A stretch of DNA of 64,000 nt from Chrysomallon squamiferum (taxonomy: Eukaryota > Animalia > Mollusca). Shown piece after piece: positions 51,331-64,000 of the stretch; position 1 is the stretch's first letter, and each line of letters starts with the position of its first letter. The stretch covers positions 15,004,001 to 15,068,000 of the forward strand of contig CM022677.1 of NCBI GenBank assembly GCA_012295275.1. Direction: 5' to 3'. A model generated the notes under the pieces. The model was given only the letters and a program-made list of their open reading frames with translations, did not search any database and was not told the DNA's origin. Both the position numbers and the translations under genes were made by a program.

Positions 51331-54300
51331 GTGGCAATTGCAGCCTGTAATTTAAGGGAGGACAAAGCAAAGACTGCACTTAGGTCTTGGACATTGCAGG
51401 ACCTTAAACAATTGCTAGAGAAGGTGGCGACACTGGTGTTCTTTGTTTGTTTTTTTTTGTTTTTTTTGTACTGGCTTCATGTTTTTTGTTCTCCAACTCT
51501 AGAATTTTTATTATGATTTGTTTTATCAATCTGTTTCTCCTCCTTGGAGATGCCACAGTTACCATATTGTAAATGTTAACATTGCTGTATCTGAAATTAC
51601 CTAATTATGAAAGCCCTTTGTTTAGACAGTCATATATTTTAGATATATATTATACGTACAGCTAGCTAAGAGATCCGCTTGCTTCCCCTCACCGCCCAGT
51701 TACATTCTCGCGTCAGAAGTGGGATTTTAAGTCAATTAGGACTGAACCCGGACATTTAGAAATTAAGTGGAAGACGGCCAATGGGCTCACGTGACCAGGC
51801 ATAGACAAGATTTGATGTTGACGATTATGCGAGACGTCACGAGATTCCCAACTAATACAAATTGATCCAAGAACATGAATATTGGATAACAATAATAACA
51901 TGTTTATGTAATTAAGATGTCAGTATACAGTATATTAAGTTCAGTGTATGTTATAACCATTGGTAAAAATTTCTTCAGGTCCACCTGTAGTTGGGATTGT
52001 CTAAAATATTATTTTATATTCCAGTGAATAATACTTTATAAGTTAATATGGAGCTTTTGGAGAAATAGATAACTAAAAGCATGTTCATTTCAGACATTTA
52101 AACGATATGTTAAATTATCTTCTCTTTTATAGTCATTGAAGTCTAGTAAGATAAAATTTGGCGCTTTTCATAAATCTTTAAGTCGATTTTTAAGTAAAAG
52201 TGTTGCTGTAGTTTTGAGGTGGTTTTCAAAGGAAGATGTCGCAAAAGGATTAGATAGCTATGAACAGCTTAGAAAAAATTTTCAAAACCTCGATTTTCAG
52301 TTTAGTCAGCAGGCCAAAGAGAATCAGATTCTTTCAGATTCGATTAGAAGTACGAGAGATAACGACTCTAAAGCATTCTAACTTTAATCCTCTGCTCATA
52401 TTCAGCCACAAATAATGTTTGGTGACACAGGAGCGAGCACCATATCGGGCAGTTTCAAGGTAAGCCGGGATCGGACTTTAACGTGGAGGACTGGATTCGC
52501 AATATCAAAGGTCAGCGTGAGTTAAAATGTCAAACTGATAACTGAGCCATACGTTTCCTAAAGGTGCACTTAGCAGGTCCTGCCAGGTTGGAAATAGATA
52601 ATCACGATGATACTTCCTGACCCGCAGATACTGTTCATGTTTTTCGTATATGAAGAAGTCGAAAATAGGGTCAGATGAATCTCTGTTGATGTACAGCCAC
52701 TTGAACATGATGAATGTTAACATGGTCAGCGAGATCTGAATCTGAGAGATCCCTATTTGAGTCGGGAACTCAACCGACAGATGTTGGGTAATAGAGCAGA
52801 ATCCTTTTTTAATTGGGCCGTTGATTGGCATAAACGTTGTTCTTGGTATCCTGGTTAAAGAGGCTGCTGATAATCCTCTTTTGCCTTCGGAGATACCGGG
52901 GCTGATTTTTTACCATTAGGGAAACAGTTTACAAAAATCATTTGAAAGATAACGTTGTGGAGATCTTTGTTTTATGTCATTTAAGTAATGTTTCGGCAGC
53001 AAATGGTCACAGCATTTCACTTAAAGGCTGCAGATTTTAGGTAGAATCTTCCCACAGATTTTTTTTTTGTTTTTTTTTTGTGGTAAACGATTTAGAAGAT
53101 GCTAGAGTTGGAAATGTCTCCAGCGATGATTTCATTTTTAAACAGTTGGATATTGGGATAACTTAACTTGTACGCAGGAAGGGAAAATGAACTTTGATCA
53201 TCTGTTTAGTAAAGGCGATCATGATCCGGGATACTGTAGCATCATTAAACAAAATTACCACCTCAGATGATAACCCTGGATAGTCCCTTATCGCCGAGTT
53301 CCACCCAGTCAGTGGGAACAGTTAAAAGCTTATCTTCAAACCCAAAGTAGCTGTAGTCATTCTGCGCCCAAGTACTCACCTTATGTATCAGCTTTGGTAC
53401 TTGTTAGAAAGTCCGGTGGAAAGCTGAGAATATGTGGAGACTTCAGCCTCTTAAATGCAAAACCTGTCAAAGATGCGCATCCACCTCCCCGTGTAGATGA
53501 AGCACTTGAGACATTGAAAGGCGCCAAGTATTTCTCTTCCATCGATCTAGCACATGGATTTCTTCAGTGAACAGGAAGAGGAAGACATTCCCAAGACTGC
53601 ATTTCGCGCTGGTTCGTCCTTTTCTTTTTTTTAATCTACCAGGATTTCCATGGGTTTGTTTAATCAGAGTAGCCTAATGGCTAATGCAGGTTTGCCTGGG
53701 AGAAGACAGTCTTCAGTCTCTGATAGTATACCTAGAAGTCATTCTTGTGTTTGGACACACCTTCGACGAAATGGACCAAAGGCTAGAAATGGTATTTGAT
53801 AGGCTACACGTGTCATTTGCTTAAAAAGGAGGTTAGGTATCTTAGCCATGTTGTTTCAGAGACGGCTATTTCTGATAAGGTTTCAGGTGTCAAACAGTGG
53901 AAAATACCAACAAGAGAACTGAGGCCATTTCTTGGATTTACCAGTTACTATCGAAGGTTCAATAAGAGTTTTACCAACATAGCCGCACCCCTGCATTCAC
54001 TGATAGGTGGTGGCAAGAAAAAAAAAGGAAAACTTGTCAGAAAGGTTCCTGAAACTCGAAAAGCTTTTCAGGAATGCTGGGATCAGTCTTGTGACGATGC
54101 TTTCGACGCATCAACAGTTTAGCTGACTACAATTCCAAGTTTAGGCTACTCTGATTTCCAGAAACCTTTCATTGATGAGACTGATGCAGGTTTTCAGGGT
54201 TTGGGAGCTGTTCTATCTCAAGAGCAAGATGGTCGAGTAGCGGTTATTTCTTCTGCCAGTCGAAGCTCAAACTTGATCTCTTGGTGAGGCAATGGGAGAA

Positions 54301-54440
54301 AATAAACCAATTGTGTAACATTTGGTATCGTGTCATCAAACACGGTCGCTATATGCTATACCAATTAATTTTGCCTCAAGGCATTTGTGAAAAATCCATT
54401 ACAAGATGAAGCTGGTCATCAAGGGTATGAGCGAACAGTG
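51331..54440 (+). mobile_element. Degenerate Ty3/Gypsy element, second copy
   Basis: PBS-like at 51712-51725; RT/RNase H motifs (ORF 53796-54122 FLGFTSYYRRFNKSFTNIAAPLHSL). Confidence 0.92.
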
Positions 54441-54442
54441 TA

Positions 54443-55290
54443 GCCTAACCCTACCTCTAAGCCAATCCCTACCCCTAACCCTACTCCTACCGCAATCCCT
54501 ACCCCTAAGCCTAACCCTAGCACAACTTCTAAACCTAATCTTTCCCAAGTTGGATTCCCAATGGTGACTCTATAATTATTTTGCACATTATCGTATCACT
54601 GATAACAAAAGTTAAATATTCCTGACCCTAACCCTAACCCTACCCCTAACCCAACCCCTAGCTCAAACCCTAACCCTAAGCCCTAACCCTAACACTAACC
54701 CTAAACGTAACGCAAAAGGGACTGAACTTAATTCTGATGCTAAACCATCTCTAAGCCTCATCCTAACCCTAAAACTAATACTAATATTAACCATAACCCT
54801 AACCCTACCTAAGACTCTAGCGCTAACTCTAAACCTAGACCTAACGAACTCGTTAAACTTAATTCTAATGCTAACACTAGTACTAACGCTGATCATAAAA
54901 CAGTTTGCAGATTATCATAAGACACATAATATACTTTAAATAATCCTCACCTAACACTAACCATAACTCTAACCCTAACCCAACTTCTATCCCTACGTCC
55001 ATCTACCGTAATGCTTTCTCTAAACGTTTCAACTTGGTTCTGGTACCTTCACAAGCTGTCTGACAGCCCGTGCTTCCGGGATCTAAATATAACCCTAACG
55101 AAGTCGTTACACTTAATTCTAACCCTATTATAATAATCGTAATAAACTTTAAATAACCCAAACCCTAACCCTAACCCTAATCCCAACCCTAACCCTAACT
55201 GTAACTCTAACCTTAACCCGAACCCTAACCCGAACCGTAGCCCAACTTCTGAACCTAATCCTACCCAATTCCGCAAACTTAATTCTTAAG
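54443..55290. repeat. CCCTAA-rich degenerate telomere-like tract, second copy
   Basis: Paralog of 45852-46670. Confidence 0.75.
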
Positions 55291-57140
55291 CAAACGCTAC
55301 TGTTACGACGGTAATGACGACGACATTAATAAACAATAATAATATATTTTATTATAGAATGACAGAGAATAAAAAAAAGAAAAGGAATAATGAGGAGTTA
55401 TGCAATAACGTTAGTAACAAGCCGTTACGACGTCAACGACGGCGACATCAATAGAAATTACAATAATACATTTTAATAGGTGATGCGCCGACTCAGAAAG
55501 TATGAGGAATAATTAATAAAAAGCGCTAAAGAAAAATTATAATTACTCCGAGAAAGCTAGGAACAAGGCCGTTATGATGGTGATATTAATAGAAATAGTA
55601 ATAATACCTTTGAACACTAAAAAAGTATGAATAATAGTTAATAAAAAGCAAACGAATAAAGAGAAGTACACCGATGGTAATGACGGAGACATTAATAATC
55701 AGTATAATTAGACAGATAAGAGCATATTAACCTCACCATTTCCTAAAGCTACGAAGACGCTGCTCTCCAGCGACAGAAATAGACCTAATGTTTGATAGAC
55801 CGAGACTGAGAAGACGGGGGAAGCTATAATTATCATGCTGAATGTTTTCATATTCGATTATTTCTTTATCAATCTGAAAACACTCTTTGTAACAGTAAGT
55901 ATGTTTTGCACGTGTATACTTGTGTGAAATTTATAAATTTATTAAAATGTTTAAAAAAAAGATTTCCATTGAGCGAGTTAGTTCTAGTTCAGAAATATGA
56001 TAAAACATTGAAATTGGTACGACCTCCATTTCCATATTTCTTATGTTTTATGCATCTTCAGCATCACTTAATGAAGAATAAATAAAATAAAAACGAATTT
56101 AAATTGTCTCACAATATTTTATTATCATTTAGGTGACTTTTAAAAAGTATTTTTTTGTAATAATTGTTGTATATATATATATATATATATATAGCAGTCA
56201 TAGTTTAGTTCCAGTAATATTAATAGCATCTTTAATAAAACTGCTTTATTTATTAATTTATTATTAATTTATTATTGTCATTATTGTAGTTTATCATATT
56301 TAATATTATTTATTTGATATTATCACTTTTGAATTTAAATTAATATTGCTCGATTTGCATGAGATGAAATTAGTAATAAATACAGTTTAATATAATGTTC
56401 TATATAACTGATATTACAACACATTAGATTTATACTAATAAAGAAATTTATATAAATGTTTTTCTTTGTATGTGTCTGTATATTTGTGTGTCAGTGAGTG
56501 TTTATTCACAAACACAACTCACACACACATATATACAAATGCACACATGTATGTACATGCACAATAGTTATAATTTTTTAGTCTTCCATGAAATAAATAT
56601 TTGATAGCAACACTTGTTATTCCATTTAAAATGTAATAGCTTTCATTCACTAATAATCCTTAACATTTCGTTGACTGGAAATTTGTATTTGCTTCTATAT
56701 ATATAGTTCTATGTTTCCTTTTGATTAATATTTAAGAATAAATATAACTTTTCCAGTAAATATTGAGAATTGAATTACAATTTAATAAATTCTTGGAACC
56801 AAATTTGATTAGCTTCACGAAGTTTACTTCCAGTTTTATTTGGTAATTTGTCCTGTTTTGTTTTACTCAAAACCCCAACATGTAGATACAAAAATAAAAA
56901 TAAAATACAATAAAATACAATAAAATAAAATTACATTTATTTGAATCACAAATAAACCTGTTTTAGTATTAACAATTAACATTATTTATTTATTTATTCA
57001 TTTGTCTTAGTTTAGTTACCAGTAATATTTTTATTATTATTATTTTAATTATTATTAGTTTGGTTATTGTTATCACTGGTTTATTTATTTATTTTATTTA
57101 TTTATTTATTTATTTTTATTTTTATTTTTATTATTATTAA

Positions 57141-57178
<38 letters not shown>

Positions 57179-57925
57179 AAATTATGAGCAACTGACCATG
57201 GATAATAATTTTCATAACATAAGGGAAATAACTCTCTTTTGTTAAAACTTTGTTTATAGCGTCAAAACATATGAAATAAAGAAAGAAAGCAAATACAATT
57301 TAAAATAAAAACACCCTGAAAACAATTTGATATCTTTTTTATTTTTTCCAAGAATCAGTAACAATGAAGTAAAAAACCAAATTCAACAGCAAAATTGTAG
57401 CAAATATAAAAATTAATTAATTAAAAATGCCTATAAAAAACATAATACTGATAAGGTCAAATTAAATGTGCATAATAAACAAATAACAAAACATTGTAAA
57501 AAGCTGTTACTTGTTTACTTATTTTTTCATGTGTTTTAAGTTATTACATTGGATAATTAATTACATTATTTAACAGGAGCTAGTATTAAAAATTAATCTA
57601 GACATCTGTTTTGGGTTTTTTTTTTTAAAGTTTGCTAAATAAACTGATTTTATGCTTTATTTGCTGAGTTTATTTTCTATTTTGTGGATATATATATAAT
57701 AGTTATCATTAAGTTTGTTGTTTTTCTTGTTATATGTGAGCCTTTCCATGAGCATCAAGGCAAAAACCAACTGCTTTGTTTAAACCTAGGTACCATAATT
57801 ATGTATATCCACTTTATGAATTGGGAAAGACAATGAAAGAAAGTTAAAGAGAGAATCAGAGAGGTAAGGAGAAAATTAGAGATAGTGAGAGAGAAATAAA
57901 AAGACTATGACATCTTCACTATAAC

Positions 57926-60129
57926 CTGACTTTTGTCTTCAGTTCTGTACTTTTAACATCATCAACTTGTATGTTAATTCTTGACACTATGAATGGCTGT
58001 CCAAATATCTTTAGATAACAATAATCACATTTTTAATTATTCGTATTAATCATTGTTAGTGTTAAAGAACAATGTTACAGTTGGGAGAAATATTTACAGA
58101 AAAAATTGACGTAACAGATATTTACAGATTATAAGTTTACATATATATATAGATATATATATATATATATATATATATAGATAGATAGACATAGATAGAT
58201 ATATAGATAAACAAACATACTAAGTTACATAAAGTCACAGATTTACAGAGAGACAGAAAGGTAGAAAGATAGAAAGATAGACAAATATAAAATATAAAAG
58301 AATACAGAGGTACATAGATGAATTTATTAAGTAACGTTATTTAGAGACTGGCAGACATTGGGTAGATAGGTAGGTTGATGATGTAGACCATCACACAGAC
58401 AGGCAGACAGACAGGTTATTGTAGACTTATACTGGTAAATAGATATACAGTTAATAGACTAGGCAGATGTAACAATAACACACACACACACACACACACA
58501 GAGAGCGAGAGAAGCTGACAGATTGGGAGTAGTAGGTAAACCAAATTACATTTATATATAATTAATCAAATATTGATGATTTAAATGGAATACCTCTCCT
58601 CTGTTGTAGCCTTGTCTACAGATACACAATCAGACATCAGTATCCATGCTATTCCACTGTTTGAACAAGTAACTGGATCCTGGAAAATTCAAGCAGTAGT
58701 AGTAGTGATAGTAGTAGTAGTAGCAGCAGTAGCAGTAGCAGGAGTAGTAGTTGTAACAGCAACAGAAACAACAGTAGTAGTTGTAGTAGTAGTAGTTGTA
58801 GTAATAATAAGACATTATAATAAAACTAATAATGATAGTAATATTAATAATAATTGTAATAAGACAAATAAAATAATATATAAAATAATAATAATAATAA
58901 TAATAAAAATAAAAATGTAAAAATAATAATCATAATAAGATATTATATTACATTAACAATAGAAAAGTACAGTATTATAATAATACAAAATAAGATTAAT
59001 AACAATAAAATTCACAGAAATCAAAAAGAAGAAAAGTATATATAACAATAATAGCTTGCCATTTTAATTTATTAACAATCAAGAATTATTAAAAAACAAA
59101 AATAAAACAAGAATAAACAATAGAATTAATTTATTAAGACAGACATTTAATAAAAAAAAATTAAAAATTAAAAATAAAAAAAAAACGAGAAAAAAGTATT
59201 TTCACCTTCATAAGAACTACTTCCTCTACAGTGCAGTCTGCCTCCATGTCAAAGAGAGGTTCTGGTTTCTGAATACTTGCATTGCCAGACAGGTTGAATG
59301 CATACACAGCCCTTGCATTGCCAGACAGGTTGAATGCATACACAGTCCTTGCATTGACAGACAGGTTGAATGCATACACAGCCCTTGCATTGCCAGACAG
59401 GTTGAATGCATACACAGCCCTTGCATTGCCAGACAGGTTGAATGTATACACAGCCCTTGCATGATGATCAGCTAGCTGGAGTGAAAGTGTGATATTAACA
59501 ACTGTTTATATGAGAGAAGAAATATATTGTTCTTTACATTAAAAAGAAAGGAAAGTTTTATAAATTAATGTAAAAAATCATAAATATGTTAAGTATTGTA
59601 ATAAGAAATGTTATTTCATGTTAATCATTTTATATTTATTAATTTCTCTTGCTCCTCTTTCTCTCACACACACACACACACACATACACACTACATTTTT
59701 TTTAAACTTTATTTCCTTGTTCTTTTATTTCTAAATACATATACAGATTGTACTGAAAACAAAATACATTCATGTGTGTGTGTGTGTGAGTGTGTGTGTG
59801 TGTGTGTGTTATAATAAAATCAGTGTATGTATTTCTAAAGAAAATAAAGTTAATAAAATAATAGGACTTTTTAAAACTATTTATCCAGAAATTACACATG
59901 CAAATACATATGTACTTGACACACACACACACACACACACACAAAAAAAAAAAAAAAATTCATAAACAGAATACAACACATACATATACTTTGTTTATTA
60001 TTTGAAGCCAGGTAGGTACTTCTGCATCTTTCTTGCCCCCAGTTATAGTCAACACACAGAATACACTCCTTAGACTCTAGAAATTTGATATATTTTCATC
60101 ACTTTCTGTTCACTTCTATATTATTATAA

Positions 60130-60202
<73 letters not shown>

Positions 60203-61070
60203 TTATTATGATAGATAAATAGAAAGATAGACAGATAGATATGTGAACTATTATTACTGCACTACTACATAATATATAATCACTCACCATGACCTTTCAA
60301 CATGGCTGCAGTGGCAGAAGTTGACTGTTTCCTTTATCTGTGAGAATGGCTGGACAGCGCATCATATTACCCAGCATTCCTAGAGGAAGATAAATAAATA
60401 AATAAATGATATGACAAATTTCAATAAATAAGAATCATATAAATGATAAAATAAAAAATAATTAAAACTGTTTACCAGGATGTCCTCCAAGTGCTGTCAG
60501 TTTAATCAGGAAGCTGTCTCCAACTGAAGGGAGACAACTACAAGATGATTCAATTTTCTCCCCTGACTTATTGACAGTGAGACCTTAAAATTTTAAATTT
60601 ATATAAATAGTTTAAAAAGAAAACAACACAACAGCAGCATTAACAATAATATACCCTTTTATTTAGTATTCCTGTTTTTTTTCTTCTTATTTTTACCACT
60701 GGATTAGTTTAGCTTAGAGTTAGGGTTAGGATTAGTGTTAGGGTTAAGACTAGGGTAAGGGTTAGGTTTAGACTATTTATTTATTTATTTATTTATTACT
60801 ACTGCTGATGCTATTTCTACTATTGCTGCATCATAACTGCTACTATCACCACCACATTACATGCTGTTGCTGATTTTTTTGGTGCTAATTATTTTGTATT
60901 AAAATCTAATTTAATTTTATAAAAATTTGCATTTGTTATAGGGAAAAATATAAAAATAATTTATTATGTCAAGCTTACCTAATGAGTTTCCACCAGTATT
61001 CAAGCTCTTTAATTCAGAGTTGTGTCCCTTGATAGTACAAACAAAGACTAAGGGCACCGTCAGTTTCAAT
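57926..61070 (-). pseudogene. Multi-exon RRM-domain gene, probably decayed
   Basis: Candidate exons 60979-61070, 60476-60523, 60288-60379, ~59990-60076, 59206-59471 (RAVYTFNLS...LFDMEADCTVEEVVLMK), 58594-58679 (DPVTCSNSGIAWILMSDCVSVDKA), 57926-58008 (IFGQPFIVSR); RNP2/RNP1-like spacing; frame breaks. Confidence 0.55.
59277..59462. repeat. 36-bp tandem repeat x5 (cttgcattgccagacaggttgaatgcatacacagcc)
   Basis: Direct periodicity. Confidence 0.95.
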
Positions 61071-61403
61071 CTTAAATTTAAATAAAACTGGCCTGAGTAT
61101 TTTGTACATAGCACATTTAAACATATAAACTGATAACCAAATATTTCTTAACACACACACACTGTTATCTGAATAGTAACAATTATCACTATTGGTGACA
61201 CACACTCACTCCCCACACGCACATGGTTCTATCCATCTTGTGGAAGTCATAAATAAATCACTAATCCCATTCACATTACTCAAATAAGACACTGGACTAG
61301 GCCACAGGGTTGAGTGTCAAATCAAAACACACTGTCAAATCCCATGTACTGGCCACTGAGGAATAACAAAAGAAGTTGAATTTGTGTATTTGTTTATTTA
61401 ACA

Positions 61404-61510
61404 TTCAAGCACTATAATCAGAGATGGTATTATTCAAATTTCAAGCACTATCTTCAGAGATAGTATTATTCAAAGTTCAAGCACTATGTTCAGGGATACT
61501 GTGTTCAGAT
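61404..61510. repeat. ~37-bp tandem repeat x3 (ttcaagcactat...cagagat.gtattattcaaa)
   Basis: Direct periodicity at the 3' side of the MULE relic. Confidence 0.7.
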
Positions 61511-61589
61511 ACACAAAGTTGAAGTTACATGAGGTGTGCAACTGTATCGAGGTACTGGAGAAGTGTCTTGTCTCCAGCCTACAACTGTC

Positions 61590-62168
61590 TCTTGAGACGT
61601 CCTGGCACCTCCAAACTGGATCTGAATCCTTTTGGCCTGCTCTGCCGTCTTGATTCCTTGGATGAGGTCTACAAACTTGTAGATGTTCGGTGCTGGTGGG
61701 GTAGAGATCTGTTGAGCCTTGAATGGAACCCGGCAACAACGCAAACGGGAGAGGGAACCAAAGAATTCATGCACAATGTTCAATTGGTTCCACAAACCAG
61801 GGCAAGAGGAGAACGTCCTGTCCATGTAGATTGTCTCAGCTGTCTGTAGATCTCTGAGCTGATCATCAGTTGAGAACTCCACCATCTTGTCAGCATCTCC
61901 AGCCGTGAACAAGAGGAAGCATCTGGTGTTTGTGTCCAGGGTGCTTGTAGGTGCAGCTCTTCTCTGGAGGCTGGGAGGATGGGGATGTGGTTTTATCATG
62001 ATGGTACAAGGAGCTCTTCACACTGTGGAAGGTAGGCAAGGCGTGAACGTCATTGTCATCGTGGTGGGCAATCTCATTGTTGTAGATCTGTTGAGTGATT
62101 TTGTCTCTCACTCGCTTGCAGATGTGCTCATGAAACGAATGGCAGTCTGGTTATCAGGTGGGTGATTA
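61590..62168 (-). mobile_element. MULE transposase relic (third family), internally deleted
   Basis: NHPPD, LPTFHSVKSSLY, FSTDDQLRDLQTAETIYMDRTFSSCPGLWNQLNIVH (MDGTF-type catalytic motif), PNIYKFVDLIQ. Confidence 0.85.
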
Positions 62169-62399
62169 AAAAACATAAAACAAGACATGGGATGCAATTG
62201 AAAATGTTAAACAAGCCAGGGAAGATTTGATCAATAGGGTAAACAAAACAATGTAAAACAAAGGAAGATTAACCAATTTTCGCCAAAAGATAGCACTAGA
62301 TTTGACTGTTTTTAACTGACAGAGAAGACTGGATTAATAGGCTAAACAAAACAAGTTGTGAAACAAAGGAGGATTAAATTTTTATATATATATATATAT

Positions 62400-62495
<96 letters not shown>

Positions 62496-62649
62496 ATACG
62501 ATATAATATACAAATCTAAATTAACCATCAACACTAAGTGTTTGGTTGTTAATGTTTGCATCATTCAGATGAAAAGCTGACTGAAAACAGCAGACAAAAA
62601 CTGAAGCGCAAATAAACATCATCGACAAAACAACTAAAATAAACAAAAA

Positions 62650-63480
62650 TCAAAATGGAAAAGAAATATATTTCGAAATAGATACAAAATCATTAAAAGC
62701 AATAGGTCCAAGCATAACTATCTGGGATGAAGTATTTACTTTCAGGGTTTTACCAAAAATAATCCCTGACGACAAACAAACAAAGAAAACACCCACACCA
62801 CAACCCAGAAAAACACTCATTACACAACAGCAGCCAAAACAAACACTCATTACACAACAACAACAACCCAATAACACACAACAAAAACAAAGAAACAACA
62901 ATTCACAAATACATCTCCAAAGATTTAAGATGTTCAACAAAGAAATAATACAACAAACAAAAGCTAAATTAGTCGGTGTGTAAATGTGGAAACGGCCAAG
63001 CTACTGGACCACACTGACGTTTAGCAGCAAATTAACAAACATAACCATCACCATTGATGTGTACAAATACATGTGACAGAAATGAGGCCACAGTCAGAAA
63101 TGGGGGCACATCACAAACCAGTGCACCCACAGACACAACCCCAAATCACTAACATGCAGTTTCTGTGGTGGAAATCACCAGCAGCAACTTTGAACACAAC
63201 AGAAAACAAAATTCTACGAAACGTTAACACAAAATGGAAAAAAATCAAACAAAAAACCAAAACCATCATTGAAAAAATCGACCACCACAACAACAAACCA
63301 AAACACAATCTGGACAAGGAGGTCAGGATTGCAGAAATACACAAAATTATGGTCTGCCTCCTCCTCAGAAACAACCAAGGAAACATAACTGACGACTCCA
63401 ATTTGAGCAGACAAAAAAAATTGAAGACAACTTGGGCTTCAAGATCTCCACAGACAACAAAGACTTAAATTACACACAGA
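62650..63480 (+). mobile_element. Possible degenerate gag-like ORF1 of a non-LTR retrotransposon
   Basis: A/C-rich strand bias; broken zinc-knuckle motifs including TCSFCGGNH near 63155. Confidence 0.4.
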
Positions 63481-63549
63481 CAAGAGAAATCCCACAAACA
63501 CAAAACAACAGTGAACAAAAGAAACACCAGAACAGTACCAACCACTTAC

Positions 63550-64000
63550 ACTCTCTTCACAACAAGCACACAATAACACAGACCTCGCCACTCTTCACAA
63601 CAAGCACACAATAACACAGACCTCTCCACTCTTCACAACAAGCACACAATAACACAGGCCTCGCCACTCTTCACAACAAGCACACAATAACACAGACCTC
63701 TCCACTCTTCACAACAAGCACTCAATAACACAGACCTCTCCACTCTTCACAACAAGTACACAATAACACAGACCTCTCCACTCTTCACAACAAGTACACA
63801 ATAACACAGACCTCTCCACTCTTCACAACAAGCACACAATAACACAGACCTCTCCACTCTTCACAACAAGCACACAATAACACAGACCTCTCCACTCTTC
63901 ACAACAAGAACACAATAACACAGACCTCTCCACTCTTCACAACAAGCACACAATAACACAGGTCTCTCCACTCTTCACAACAAGCACACAATAACACAGA
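63550..64000. repeat. 38-bp minisatellite (ctcttcacaacaagcacacaataacacagacctctcca)n, about 12 copies, runs off the window
   Basis: Direct periodicity. Confidence 0.95.

Larger units (their letters stand above)
49835..57695. repeat. Segmental duplicate copy C (= 41190-49110)
   Basis: Starts at the gap; colinear to the (AT)n tract. Confidence 0.93.

Overview
AT-rich, microsatellite-laden animal genomic DNA, probably a mollusc or other lophotrochozoan (inferred from the 18S/5S sequences and gene types), with two 200-N scaffold gaps. Most entries in the ORF track are microsatellite artefacts. Manual splicing and translation give: (1) a multi-exon type I membrane receptor gene (WSC + C-type-lectin-like + TM + tyrosine-repeat tail) with frameshifts, about 5.7-9.7 kb; (2) a 5S rRNA gene facing a truncated, internally rearranged 18S rRNA pseudogene; (3) decayed exons of an IRAG/LRMP (MRVI1-family) gene and a TRIM-type RING exon on the minus strand; (4) an intronless ~620-codon secreted-protein gene with one in-frame TAG and a compact AP-1/CRE/E-box/TATA promoter; (5) several FLYWCH-MULE transposon relics, two copies of a degenerate Ty3/Gypsy element and a possible LINE ORF1 relic; (6) a decayed RRM gene with an in-frame 36-bp exonic repeat expansion. 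Two large near-identical duplications (19.7-23.9 kb = 33.75-38.0 kb; 41.2-49.1 kb = 49.8-57.7 kb) each abut a gap. I found no CRISPR or other prokaryotic system. All family calls come from motif recognition by eye, not database searches.
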